A stretch of DNA of 64,000 nt from Eledone cirrhosa. Its lineage: Eukaryota. Below, piece after piece: positions 31,025-43,399 of the stretch. The stretch's first letter is position 1, and each line of letters opens with the position of its first letter. The stretch spans positions 2,418,001-2,482,000 of the forward strand of contig OZ024752.1 of NCBI GenBank assembly GCA_964016885.1, read 5' to 3'. Below the pieces are notes generated by a model. It was not told the origin of the DNA. It saw nothing but the letters and a program-made list of their open reading frames with translations, and ran no database searches. A program made the translations under genes and the position numbers.

Positions 31025-31640
31025 ATCCCCAAGCGAGACCAACAGAGCTTATGGATGTTATCCAACTTGGTTCGTCGGGGTCTACTTCTGGGTTTCCTGC
31101 CAATTGGTTCTGCCCATAAAATCGGTCCAGCGATTCTTTCCTGAGAAATTGTAACTACACGCCCATAGTACCGGAGTTGTGGTTTCTCATTTCGGCGAAG
31201 TAGCGTCTCTATCTTCGCAGAAACCCCATTTCGGCCGCTTGTATTGCTGATCGTATTCCCTCGGTCATTACAAAAGATTCAGGAAAATAAGAAATGGTTG
31301 GCACAAATACCTAATTGATGATAGCGAGTGTGGCATTTACACCTACTTCCGTTCTTTTGGTTTAAAATGCTGAAACATCATTGCACCGGCTCCTGCAATT
31401 CTTGCTCTTAATTTAGCCCCCTTTCTTCTATTACTCGTACATACGGCTCGGTAATACACATTTCCACTTGCTTCAGTGGAATTCCATTCACATCTAGAGT
31501 GCACTGTGCAAGCTTCATTGAGAGAACGAGTTTCCTAGTTTTCGCAGCACTCAATTTCATACCAGACATCCAGCATTTGTCATAATTTCTATCAAGTGCA
31601 AGTCGGAGATCAATATCGATGTAGAGTTTTCATTTTCATT
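31025..31640 (-). pseudogene. RTE-type LINE reverse transcriptase C-terminal relic
   Basis: - strand: DLRLALDR..KCWMSGMKLSAAKT...NGIPLKQVE...RARIAGAGAMM...VFVPTISYFPESFVMTEGIRSAIQAAEMGFLRR. Confidence 0.8.
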
Positions 31641-31915
31641 TCATTGGGGCTGAATATAGAGCTTTTTTACACTGTTAATTAGATTCTCCGTAATTGATAA
31701 ATTCTACATCTCGTGTATCTAGATATATATCGAGCTGAAATTCTAAAGTGTTATTTATGGTGATTGACAATTACAGTCGTTTGCTGCGATTGGGATTCCT
31801 GCTCTTTTGAGAACTTTCAGCCTGCTCCACAAAAAGGCTTAGAAAATCACTCATATACACACACACACACATACACACACACACACATGCACCCACACAT
31901 ACACACACACACACG

Positions 31916-31961
<46 letters not shown>

Positions 31962-32499
31962 AATATGTTAGCAAACAATTTACGCATATAAAATCAGTAA
32001 TATATATTGAATTCGAAAATATATATTTGCCTATATGCGCAGCATCTTCACATGACAGTGTGTGTTTGCATATTAGGAATCTCTGTACTGACTACGCACA
32101 TCATTTGTATATATGAGACACTGTGAGAATTATGGCAGTGCAGTCGGTCGATGGTAGCATGTAAATTGATTTTATTGCCCAATGTCAATTATACCGTGCG
32201 AACCTAACACCATGTGCGCACTGAGGCTAACAATATATTAAGAGAAGAGCTTAGAGAGAAAATCAATAAATGTCTTGTTCCGTTGCCTTGATCCTAAGAA
32301 GACTGATGTGCAGTCAACATGGGAAAGGTTAAGATATTTACTGGACGAGCTTTCCCAAGGTCAACGAGACAACACACGAAGGAAGTTTATTTAGCTTTTC
32401 AGTTTCAAATATTTGGTGATAAATCCAGATATTCAGTAAAACGGATGATTCGAGTAGCCATAGCCAATAAGTACAATAGCTAGAATCACAACCATACAA

Positions 32500-32583
<84 letters not shown>

Positions 32584-32622
32584 GTGTGCACGTTGTACAG
32601 AGTGTTTATGTTTGTGCGTATC

Positions 32623-32656
<34 letters not shown>

Positions 32657-32739
32657 CGTTATTCCGGGTTGAATCGGAGGTAACCACAGTAAGTAAGGTA
32701 CTCAATACATAGCAGAGTATAAAAGTTTTAATATAGATG

Positions 32740-32790
32740 AGATTCTACAGGACTAGAACTGTTTCATTCATTAGAAATCATCAGGAATCT
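32740..32790 (-). ncRNA. Type I hammerhead ribozyme
   Basis: Reverse complement of 34615-34665. Confidence 0.85.
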
Positions 32791-33379
32791 GGGTATCAAA
32801 AAATAAAAATGGTATTTATAGGTCTCTACAAGTGGTAGGAGAGGGTGGGGAGTGGGATGGGTGCAGGTCATTGGTTGATAGAAAAGGGAATTCATTAAAA
32901 GCTAATTCTACAAAGCTATAGTTTATTTTTATTTATTTATGTTTTTAGAGTAACAAGGGCAGACAGAATTCTATAAACAGGTTCCGGATGGCATACCATT
33001 CCTTGTAATTAAGTTTCTCTTAAGCTAACAGATGTCTATAAAATCAGTGGGGGGGTCAGTCATGGTCGATAGAATTAAAGAAAAGGGAGATTCTTTAAAA
33101 GCTAAAATCATTAAGGTTCTACTAAGTGACAAAGGTCTAGAGAATTCTGCAGACAGATTCAAAATACTGAGTGCATATCTTCCTATTATCATCAAACTTC
33201 TCTTAAACTAATCAACTATATGCCAAAAATCAACAGACACATTCACAAAAAAACAAAAAAACATACTCACTCACACACTTACGCGCAACCATAAACACAC
33301 ACACAAACACATATACACACATAAAACACACACACACATATATAAAAATATATTCATATACTTACATATACATATACAT

Positions 33380-33442
<63 letters not shown>

Positions 33443-33605
33443 TATATATATATATATACACACACACATATATATACACATACACACACACATACGCATA
33501 CATACACACACATATATACACATATAAATACACTCACACACATACATACAAACACAAATATACATGTGTATACATATACACACAAATACATATACACAGA
33601 CATAT

Positions 33606-33658
<53 letters not shown>

Positions 33659-33701
33659 CACACATACATACATACACATATATATACACACACATACATA
33701 T

Positions 33702-33772
<71 letters not shown>

Positions 33773-33982
33773 TACATACACACACATATATATATATATA
33801 TATAAAAAAATATATGTCTGTGTATATGTATTTGTGTGTATATGTATACACATGTATATTTGTGTTAGTATGTATGTGTGTGAGTGTATTTATATGTGTA
33901 TATATGTGTGTGTGTGTGTGTATGTATGTGTGTGTGTGTATGTGTATATATATGTGTGTGTGTATATATATATATATATATA

Positions 33983-34027
<45 letters not shown>

Positions 34028-34614
34028 GTGTATATGTATATGTATGTATATGAATATATTTTTATATACGTGTGTGTGTTTTTATGTGTGTATATGTGTT
34101 TGTGTGTGTGTTTATGGTTGCGCGTAAGTGTGTGAGTGAGTATGTTTTTTTGTTTTTTTGTGAATGTGTCTGTTGATTTTTGGCATATAGTTGATTAGTT
34201 TAAGAGAAGTTCGATGATAATAGGAAGATATGCACTCAGTATTTTGAATCTGTCTGCAGAATTCTCTAGACCTTTGTCACTTAGTAGAACCTTAATGATT
34301 TTAGCTTTTAAAGAATCTCCCTTTTCTTTAATTCTATCGACCATGACTGACCCCCCACTGATTTTATAGACATCTGTTAGCTTAAGAGAAACTTAATGAC
34401 AAGGAATGGTATGCCATCCGGAACCTGTTTATAGAATTCTGTCTGCCCTTGTTACTCTAAAAACATAAATAAATAAAAATAAACTATAGCTTTGTAGAAT
34501 TAGCTTTTAATGAATTCCCTTTTCTATCAACCAATGACCTGCACCCATCCCACTCCCCACCCTCTCCTACCACTTGTAGAGACCTATAAATACCATTTTT
34601 ATTTTTTGATACCC

Positions 34615-34665
34615 AGATTCCTGATGATTTCTAATGAATGAAACAGTTCTAGTCCTGTAGAATCT
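34615..34665 (+). ncRNA. Type I hammerhead ribozyme with canonical core and GUA cleavage triplet
   Basis: agattc-CTGATGA-tttc(taat)gaat-GAAA-cag(ttctagtc)ctg-TA-gaatct. Stem I is 6 bp and stem III 4 bp; predicted cleavage after 34659. Confidence 0.88.
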
Positions 34666-34677
34666 CATCTATATTAA

Positions 34678-34733
<56 letters not shown>

Positions 34734-34776
34734 GATATTAAATAAATGGAAACTATATTTATAAAACCATATTTAT

Positions 34777-34836
34777 TTCATTATATATATTTCAGGGATA
34801 TCATATTAACAATATGTTATGCCTTCCTCAGACAAA
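34777..34836 (-). ncRNA. Type I hammerhead motif related to the 2272-2510 family
   Basis: tttgt-CTGAGGA-agg..catatt(gtt)aatatg..cct-GAAA-tatata-TA-atgaa; same GAAAtatatataatgaaataaata tail as at 2490. Confidence 0.65.
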
Positions 34837-34939
34837 ATACAATATAGACAGTTTTATAGATAAATAGATTTGACATACCGTTCAACATCGACTTGTATTT
34901 GAAAAAGTTGATTTGGCATATATATATATATATATTCTT

Positions 34940-35430
34940 AGTACTAAGTTTCTTCCGCGCGTTTAGGTGATTCGTGCAGTAAGTAGTCGCCAACGATTAC
35001 GATCAGCGGCAGCTTTTTAGCGTATGTGTTAAGTGATGTTGGCTTACATCAGGTCTTTTTGGAACTTTCGTCGCCAGGTGATGCTGGTGCAACCCCGCCT
35101 CCGTGGGCAGCCATGTGGAGTCCAGTTCATCGCTGATTTCCAGTGTTGTTCATTGGGCAGGCGCAGAATATAGCAACCCAAGTGGTTCCGGCTCTCCGTG
35201 ACCGCGTCTGCAGCGTCCATGACTCAGCACCGCAGTATTTTCTCGTTTCCCACTCGGTAGGTCCAGGACACGCAAAGTAACTTTTCAGGCACCGCTGGTG
35301 AGATGCGTTCAGCCGTCTCACTATCTTTGCCATGCTCCTCCAGGTTTCGCTCGCGTAAAGCTCTGTCGGTAGCATGAAGCTCTTGTACAGGTGCAGCTTG
35401 TTCCTGGTGCTGATGCAAGAATGCAGCTCC
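34940..35430 (-). pseudogene. RTE-type LINE 3' fragment
   Basis: LHLYKSFMLPTELYASETWRSMAKIVRRLNASHQRCL / LLCVSWTYRVGNEKIL / ILRLPNEQHWKSAMNWTPHGCPRRRG..ITWRR. Confidence 0.85.
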
Positions 35431-35664
35431 TATAATTCTGGGCAGAATCGAAGGTGGTGAATGGTCTTGATAACAGCTAACGAGCGAGAAACAGGACTGT
35501 CGATTACGCCCTTTTGTTTTTGCTGAGAATAAGTATGTGATATATTCACTACTTTAAAATTCATAGCGAAAGGTCTTCAACATGCTTTTAATTAAACTTA
35601 CATTATATTATCAAATATACTATACATACATGCATATATACATCGCCATTTTAGAGCGCTAATA

Positions 35665-35740
<76 letters not shown>

Positions 35741-35929
35741 ATTGTTTCTACTTTTGGCACAAGGACAGCAATTATCCAGTGCATCATTGGTACATTATCT
35801 TATCTACTCCGTAAGGATGAAAGGCAAAGTTAACCTCCGCGGCATTTGAACTCAGAATGGCAAGGACCGTAAATTTATTCGTCAGAGTATGGCTTCCGAC
35901 CCTCTACAGATACTGCCAATCCACCGCCC
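35741..35929 (-). mobile_element. tRNA-SINE S1
   Basis: Full-length match. Confidence 0.9.
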
Positions 35930-35944
35930 TTATATATATATCTA

Positions 35945-36172
35945 GGACAGGTAAAATTCCCGAGATCCATAGACGCGTTCTCTCCAGCGGTCTCTGTCCC
36001 TCATTATTGATGCCATGTCCTGTGTCTGTCCTTAGGGCATCAATATACGTTAACCATGCTCTTCCTCTTACAGTGTGTCTATGTAGGAGCTCCACCAGGA
36101 GCACTGACTGCAATGTCAACTCTGGATGTCGGTGAGCATGTCCAGCTAACCTCAGTCTCCTCTGTGTCACAT
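35945..36172 (-). pseudogene. RTE-type LINE RT C-terminal fragment
   Basis: TQRRLRLAGHAHRHPEL...RGRAWLTYIDALRTDTG. Confidence 0.85.
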
Positions 36173-36174
36173 TT

Positions 36175-36455
36175 GAGCTGATGAAGATCTTACAGGCTTA
36201 TGGAATTCCGAAGATGTTAGTGGACCTGATATCACTGCTATTCACCAACGCCAAAGCCCAAGTCATTACACCTGATGGGATGACAGAGTTCTTTGACATA
36301 CTGGCTGGGGTGCTCCAGGGAGATACATTGGCTCCCTACCTTTTTATCATCGTAGTGGACTATTGTATGTGCCTTGCACTGGCGAAACACCAGGACTCTG
36401 GTATTAATGTAGCACCGGCTCAGAGAGGAGAGTTAAGGCGAAACAGATATTTGAT
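36175..36455 (+). pseudogene. RTE-type LINE RT core fragment, inverted relative to its neighbour
   Basis: KILQAYGIPKMLVDLI...TPDGMTEFFDILAGVLQGDTLAPYLFIIVVDY. Confidence 0.9.
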
Positions 36456-36469
36456 TATATATATATATA

Positions 36470-36715
36470 CGACTAATACTGAAAGCTGTCCATTTTCGTT
36501 TCAAAATACTGCAGTTGCCACTGAGAATTAGACACGTGATGACCATTAACTCTGCACGTCCCAGCATCAAACTCTGCAAGTTATTGATCTCCGTGAGGAA
36601 GAAGGATGTTTCTTACATGGTCAATTGTATGTAGCTTGTTCCAGAGTGGGAAACGCCCCCAAACTCTCCATATATGCTTCTGAATAAAAAGTTTAAAAGC
36701 ATTGTATACCCCTAA
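36470..36715 (+). pseudogene. Helitron Pif1-like helicase C-terminal relic
   Basis: CPFSF/LQLPLRIRHVMTIN/QTLQVIDLREEEGCFLHGQLYVACSRVGN; not captured by the ORF track. Confidence 0.88.
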
Positions 36716-37410
36716 CTTACACATGTATATGTTAGTCCTCATTCACTTAAAATATTGAGTGAGTATTTTTCTAAGTTATTTTAGTTTGGCGCTGTTTACA
36801 TTATGTATTGTCATACATATTTAAAACAAAACACTGATTTTCCAAGTATGTCCTGAATACATATATTATATGCAATGTAAATTACTTTATCATTGATTTC
36901 AACGGCACGCTTCGAGTCTTATATCATTGTATAATGGTTAGGCAAGATGCTTTAAATTTTACACTCATAAAAAAATTATTTCAACCAAGATTCTAATTAG
37001 TGGAAATGCAACTAAATCGATAGCATGCTATACATTTACTGGTCTTGTTGCTAAGAGCAAAGTATAAGAACGTATATCAGCCTAGTTTTTGATAATGTGC
37101 TCCTGCTAATAACAATGCACCTATTTACCGCCACGGAGAGTGGATATGGGCACGACACAAAGGTATTGACAAAGCAATAAAAAATGTTCATTTACGTGCG
37201 ATATTCGGTTCATTTCAGCTTTCGGTGGGGAAAGAAATAGTTATTTGGCAGTTCGTAGCAACGGAAATGGAGGAAACCGAGCTTGTGGAAGGGAATGTTT
37301 AGACAGCACGGTATTATTGATGTTATGATGGTAGTGGAGATTGTATTGAGGGTAATAGAGTGTGGGATTGGATTTAGACATATATTTGGCAAGTATCATC
37401 ATCATCATCA

Positions 37411-37469
<59 letters not shown>

Positions 37470-37636
37470 TGCTTTCTTCTTTCTATGATAAATGATGTTG
37501 CTGTCCACGTTGTCGTGAACAACACGATTTGTAGTAATGCAATATATCTGGTGATAACATCACTATGAGAAAGGGAAATAGAACAGTGTCAGCAGCAGCA
37601 TAGTAGTAGCAGTAGTAGTAGTAGTGATATTAGCAA

Positions 37637-37692
<56 letters not shown>

Positions 37693-37729
37693 ATATTAGC
37701 AGTAGTAGTAGTAGAAGTAGTAGTAGTAT

Positions 37730-37773
<44 letters not shown>

Positions 37774-39850
37774 ATGGTAGTGGTGGTGCTTGTGATTACG
37801 AAGAATATTTCCACTGGCATTACTATAATAGGTCGTCTTTGTGTTTGATACGTCTTTATATTATAACTACAATATAAATATCTAGTATTCAAATGAAACA
37901 TCTTTTTCAACCAACAGTTCTGGGTGACAGTTCGATTTTGGCCATCTTTATGATCCATACTGAAAGCGCCCAATGATAGGAAAATGGGCGCTAATAGCAA
38001 AATCAATAATGAAATGAAAAACATAAATGGTGGCATTTCGTGCAATCCGTTTCAATGAGGTTTTAACACTCTCCAAATTCATGCTCCCAAAATTCAATGA
38101 AATACACTGGAGTCAATTCTAAGGCCTTTTTTAAACCTCCGAATCTAATATTCTAGCATATAGAAATGACCGGTTTTGTGTATATGTTAAATATCATGAG
38201 GATCACGTCAGACTAAATGAATTACCTTACTTAATCGTACTTCCTAGTTTCAGCGGATGCTTTATTTGTGTGATAGGTGATGTAACGTCTGAAACTTCGG
38301 AACCGATGCTATGTTTCATCCCAGTAGATTAATAAATATATAAATACAGTTATAATTTAGCAGACGTACTACATTATAGTAATACATAGTTGTTTGAATC
38401 TATTTGTAGGTAACCATGGCTAGATATTTCCTTTTTATCAAAAGGCAGCACTATCAACATAGATCCTGTGGAAAGAATTCTAACACACAATGTTATAGAT
38501 TAAATGACTGGTCGAAATAGTTTATGATATCAGATCTATACAACATTACATATATCATATGCGTTAAAATCATGTATACCTTTTTTTATCTCCCTTTCAT
38601 GTATGATGAATTAAAATCGTTTAATTAATATAAGTAAGCTATTTATATTCATACTTATAATGACATATGTAATGAGCTTGTCCCAAGTCTCCACATCCTA
38701 TTTACACAAGCACGTTTTCAAAATGACATATAGAAAATATCCACTATACCATGCCAATAACGTGTACCAGTCTGTTACTTTGGTTTAGCTAGCCCAGAAT
38801 GATTAGGAATCTACAATGAAAGGAATGGAAATACATCCTGCAAGAGATTTTGGCTGTTATTAATATGAGATCTTCAAAACTGTTGGTTAACTGAATAATA
38901 ACATTTACAGGTTTTCAAGAATATTGGTATTATCAACGTTATAATAGCCACACACAATATTTGAACAAGAGGAAATTATAACAGCAGCTAAGTTAACATT
39001 AACAACAACCATTTTGAAGGCGAACCTACAACGTAGCTGATTTACAGTAGGTTAAAGAGGTGTAAAAATTATTAAGAATAAAGAATATGTTCTCTATCTC
39101 TACTTGCTATAGGCCCAATGACGAGTAAGCATTTTTCCAACGGCAGCCTGAAGCAGATATTTGAGAAAAAGTATATCATAGTCGAGGATCTAGCTAAGAC
39201 ATTATCACTCGATTTTCGATGTCGTTTGGTGAGGCGCTTAGACTAACAGTTTATATTACATTCCACATAAGAATTGTCACAGAACAAAAACAAAATCACG
39301 TTCGACCTACTTTAAATTGCGATCGTTCAATGATGTTTGCTTCTACAAATACCGAATACTAGCTACTGGCTATGTTCGCACAAAGATTGTTGAACACGTC
39401 TATTATGATATCCGATACACTAACTTCATCTCAAGTGATCGCTCATTTAACAAACATGATATATACTTTATGTATTTATGAAACAACTATATATATATAT
39501 ATATAATAAAGATGAAATAAAGATCGTGACAATAGTTCCATATATTTTATCATACGTATTTCAAATACAAAGTCATACTGCGACAGATGTTGTGTTCTCT
39601 TCAGATAAATAATAAGGTACAATGTTATGAGACGTAATAGTACTTGTTTATAGGATAGTGCTAAGTCTACAAATGACAGAAATATATGTGTTGATACTAC
39701 AGTAAGAAATAGATAGGAAAGTAGAAGAAAACGAAATTAGAAGAGAACAAAGGGAAAATAAAGAGAAGAAAGAAAAAAACAATGAATAAGAGAGATAGAC
39801 AGAGAGAGAAAGAGAGATAGGGAGAAAGGGAGAGAGCGAGAGAGCGAGCG

Positions 39851-39936
<86 letters not shown>

Positions 39937-40486
39937 TTTTGATCAGGAACGCTGTCAAGTTGAAAACAGGTGTAACTACGGTTAACAAATAAATTGATGA
40001 GGTGTATGTACGAATATTATAGAAGGTATTCAAATATTAGAGCTCTAAATATAGAAACCGGGTATATTATTTTATATTGGGTTTAAATAATAAAAATTGG
40101 TTTAAGAATTGTAAAAATGTATTAATAAAATAAATATAAAAAGATTTATATAAAATAAAATAAAAATAGTCTATCTATGTCAAAGTTAATAATTTCTAGT
40201 AAAAATATATATGTGGGGTATACTATTTAAGTTTTATTTTATATCATCATGTAAATAAAGGAGATTGCTAGAAGGATTTATAAACGGAGAAAAAACGTAG
40301 AGAAAATCTATTATAATTTGACATCATCTTTTATTTACAAAACCTACGAAGTTTTGAGCGAAAATCTAAGGCTATACAAAAGAATATCAGACTTAATATA
40401 TAATGAGAAAACGAAAATAATACAGTGTAGAATATAATGAAAGAGGTGTAACGATAATAGTGAGTTGTGTAATATGTTATAGGACA

Positions 40487-41050
40487 TCATCTATATACTT
40501 TGTGAAAGGTCATGTAGGATTTATTATTACAAAGTCCAAATAAATCGGTTCTTCGATTTATTATTGTGTTGAAATTCCAGATAATGGTAAATTGTTCAGC
40601 TAGACATAAATTACAAACACTAGTTAAGGAAGCATTGGAGTATGGAGATGCGTTGTAGATGTTACGCCAAGAAATTTCGTAATTAATATTTTAGACTTTT
40701 AAGGACCAAATAAGTTCCGAGAGTGCGGTGCTGGTCCTTTTAAGTGGAGATTTTAATGTAGAAACATGATTATAGAATCTTGCTTTAAAGGATGTAGAAG
40801 TAGAGCCAATGTAGGTATAGGAATTGGTACTAGTTATCACTTTACATTCGTATACTATGTTTTCATCGACACAGAAATTAGTAAGAGAACAATTAGTTCT
40901 AATAGGGCAGTTGCATTTACGATTAACATTATTTACAGAGCTATTGACAAGTGGCCCAGGATTAATTATATTAGAATCAGGAGTGGTGGAAGTAACTAAA
41001 GGAGGTGCTAACGTTTCTAGATTTACATTATTATTTCATGCATTCTTCAA
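40487..41050 (-). pseudogene. PLE GIY-YIG endonuclease domain with one internal stop
   Basis: KCNCPIRTNCSLTNFCVDENIVYECKVITSTNSYTYIGSTSTSFKARFYNH...TALSELIWSLKV*NINYEISW...CNLCLAEQFTII...*; translated by hand, absent from the ORF track. Confidence 0.92.
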
Positions 41051-41250
41051 AGTTACGTATATAACATATTACACGAGCCACTGTTATCTTTAGACCTCTT
41101 TCATTATATTCCACAATGTATTATTTTGGTTTTCTCATTATATATTAAGCCTTTGATCTTCTTTTGTATAGCCTTAGATTTTCGCTCAAACCTTCGTAGA
41201 TTTTGTAAACATGATGACGTCTTATTATAATATATTTTCGTTGCGTGTTT

Positions 41251-41377
41251 TCGACCCGGTAAGGATGAAAGGCAAAGTTAACCTTGGCGGGATTTGAACT
41301 CAGAATGGCAAGGGCCGTAACTCTATGCGTCAAAGCATGGCGTCCGACCCTCTACCGATACTGCCAATCCACCGCCC
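41251..41377 (-). mobile_element. S1 SINE 5' part inside the PLE right arm
   Basis: tcgacccggtaaggatgaaaggcaaagttaacc...ctgccaatccaccgccc. Confidence 0.9.
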
Positions 41378-41701
41378 TAAAATAATATAACCAGTTTCTA
41401 TATTTAGACCTCTAATATTTGAATACCTTCTATAATATTCGCACATACACCTCATCAATTTATTTTTTAACCGTTTTTTTACAGCTGTTTTCAATTTGAC
41501 AGCGTTTCTGATCAAAAGTATCTCTCTCTGTCTCTTTCTCTCTCTGTCTCTCTCTTCTTCCTTCTCTTTTTCTTTCTTCTCTTTCTTTTTCCTGTTTTCT
41601 CTTCTTCCCTTTTCTTCTATTTTCCTATCAATTCCTTACTATAGTATTAACCCATATGTTTCCCTCAAGTACTATTATGTCTCATATCATTGTACCTCAT
41701 T

Positions 41702-41767
41702 TTTTATCTGAAGACAACACAACATCTGTCGGAGGATGATTTTGTATTCGAAATACGTATAATAAAA
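41702..41767 (+). ncRNA. Type I hammerhead motif with long stem II and palindromic stem III
   Basis: ttttat-CTGAAGA-caacacaacatc(tgtcggag)gatgattttgtattc-GAAA-tacgta-TA-ataaaa. The mirror copy at 39545-39608 (-) has G at the cleavage position. Confidence 0.72.
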
Positions 41768-41891
41768 TATGTGAAACTATTATAACCATCTTTATTTCAT
41801 CTTTTTATTATATATACTCGAGTTCGACCAACTGTTGAGTGCTACATATCTGATATATGCATAGTTTTATTGTTCTACAATATTACTCACT

Positions 41892-41937
<46 letters not shown>

Positions 41938-41940
<3 letters not shown>

Positions 41941-42035
41941 AACAAAAGAATTTTAGATAAGCACAGTATTCATGTTACTTACTTAGTGAAGTACATACAT
42001 ACATATTATACATATACATATACATACATATATAT

Positions 42036-42101
<66 letters not shown>

Positions 42102-42181
42102 GTATATACATAATATGTATGTATGTACTTCACTAAGTAAGTAACATGAATACTGTGCTTATCCTAATTTCTTTTGTTAAC
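41938..42181. repeat. Fold-back element with ~75-bp arms around an SSR core
   Basis: gttaacaaaagaatt...ttagtgaagtacatac / gtatgtacttcactaa...tttcttttgttaac. Confidence 0.88.
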
Positions 42182-43189
42182 AGAAAAGATTTGAGTAAAA
42201 TACATTTCACCAACTTAACTATTCAATAAATTACTCTCCCGATGCCGATGAATGATATATGTGAGGACACGTTTTATTTAAAAAAATATATATATAAGAC
42301 GTGTAGTGTAATGGAATAGTAAATAATTTCTTTGAATCAATCATCGTTTAGTTTTCAATCCAATTATCATTGAATCCAGTGGGACGTTTGTGATTCGGAG
42401 GTGCTGTCATGACTTCTTAGATTTCTAGTACTTAAAAAGTAATTATTTTGATATTTGGTGAATTTCACTGTGTAGGCATGACCAACACAGTACAACATTG
42501 TCATTAAACGACGTTTGAATGATATATATTCTCGTAAGGGACATTTTAACGCTAGAGATTGGAGGTCAATTTGACTTTATGATAAAGAATTGCAATCTAA
42601 ATCTTGTCAAGTTACTATTAGTTAGTTACCCTTCATTAATCTGAAAATCACTTCATCCATTAAGTTCCCATTTAGATTATACGATGCGACGTAAGATCTT
42701 ATGCGATGGTAATATATAAAAAATAAGGTCAAGCATATATATCAATTGTGGTTTGGAATTATATTTCTTTGTAATGATTCTTAAAATAGGAATACAAACC
42801 CCAGGTCTATTCCGGTCGAGTAAACCTATGATTACAAGTGATAATTCAGTGCTTTTCCACACAAAATGCATTTACGATCAGATCATACAACGTATCCGTC
42901 AAATGTATAAAGAATGATGTCTTTGATATGAGGAAACTTTCACAAATATTTCTAACATGATATGCAACTCCATAGATGCTAATTATTTGGTTAGTTGTTT
43001 ATTCAAAATTGTTACCTGCCTTATATTTATGTATTTAAAAAGTTGTGATTGGCTAACTTATATGAATAGTATTATCTAAAAATCAAACAAATAATTTCCG
43101 CTCAAATTCTACGAGTAATTATAACATAACTTTTTCTCGTGATAATTCTCGTAGGTCCCCTTCAGTTTCGAAAGAACATGGATGTTCAC

Positions 43190-43390
43190 ATGGATAATCC
43201 TGTCCAAGTTATAAACCTGGGAAGGGTGTGTTTGTGGAAGACCAGCATTCGCTCATGCATACCAGTCTTCTCGCTCCATGCCTCCGTTGTTGTCCAAGGG
43301 AAAGGCAAGGACTGAAACCACTTGGCACCACTTACGTTGCATCTCATTTCCGCAACTAAGTTAACTGGAGCAACTTGAAATAAAATAGAC
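43190..43390 (-). mobile_element. SINE body relic (S2-related)
   Basis: ...ggagcaacttgaaataaa is shared with ggagcaatgtgaaataaa at ~45712. Confidence 0.55.
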
Positions 43391-43399
43391 AATGTACGA

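Larger units (their letters stand above)
32657..34681. mobile_element. ~2-kb near-perfect palindrome (PLE pLTR-like fold-back) with a hammerhead in each arm
   Basis: Arms ~32724-33606 and ~33811-34681. I saw only ~2 substitutions in the ~550 bp of non-SSR arm. The left arm has an extra 67-bp tail; flanked by (TA)n. Confidence 0.93.
39490..41815 (-). mobile_element. Penelope-like element: truncated GIY-YIG ORF between inverted copies of its 3' region/pLTR
   Basis: Left arm 39490-40480 and right arm 41055-41815 (interrupted by a SINE) are reverse complements, with an HHR motif near each outer end. Confidence 0.92.

Noticed and set aside
33271-34135. Long YI/CV-rich ORFs, and many similar ones across the window
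   Set aside because: Microsatellite artefacts.
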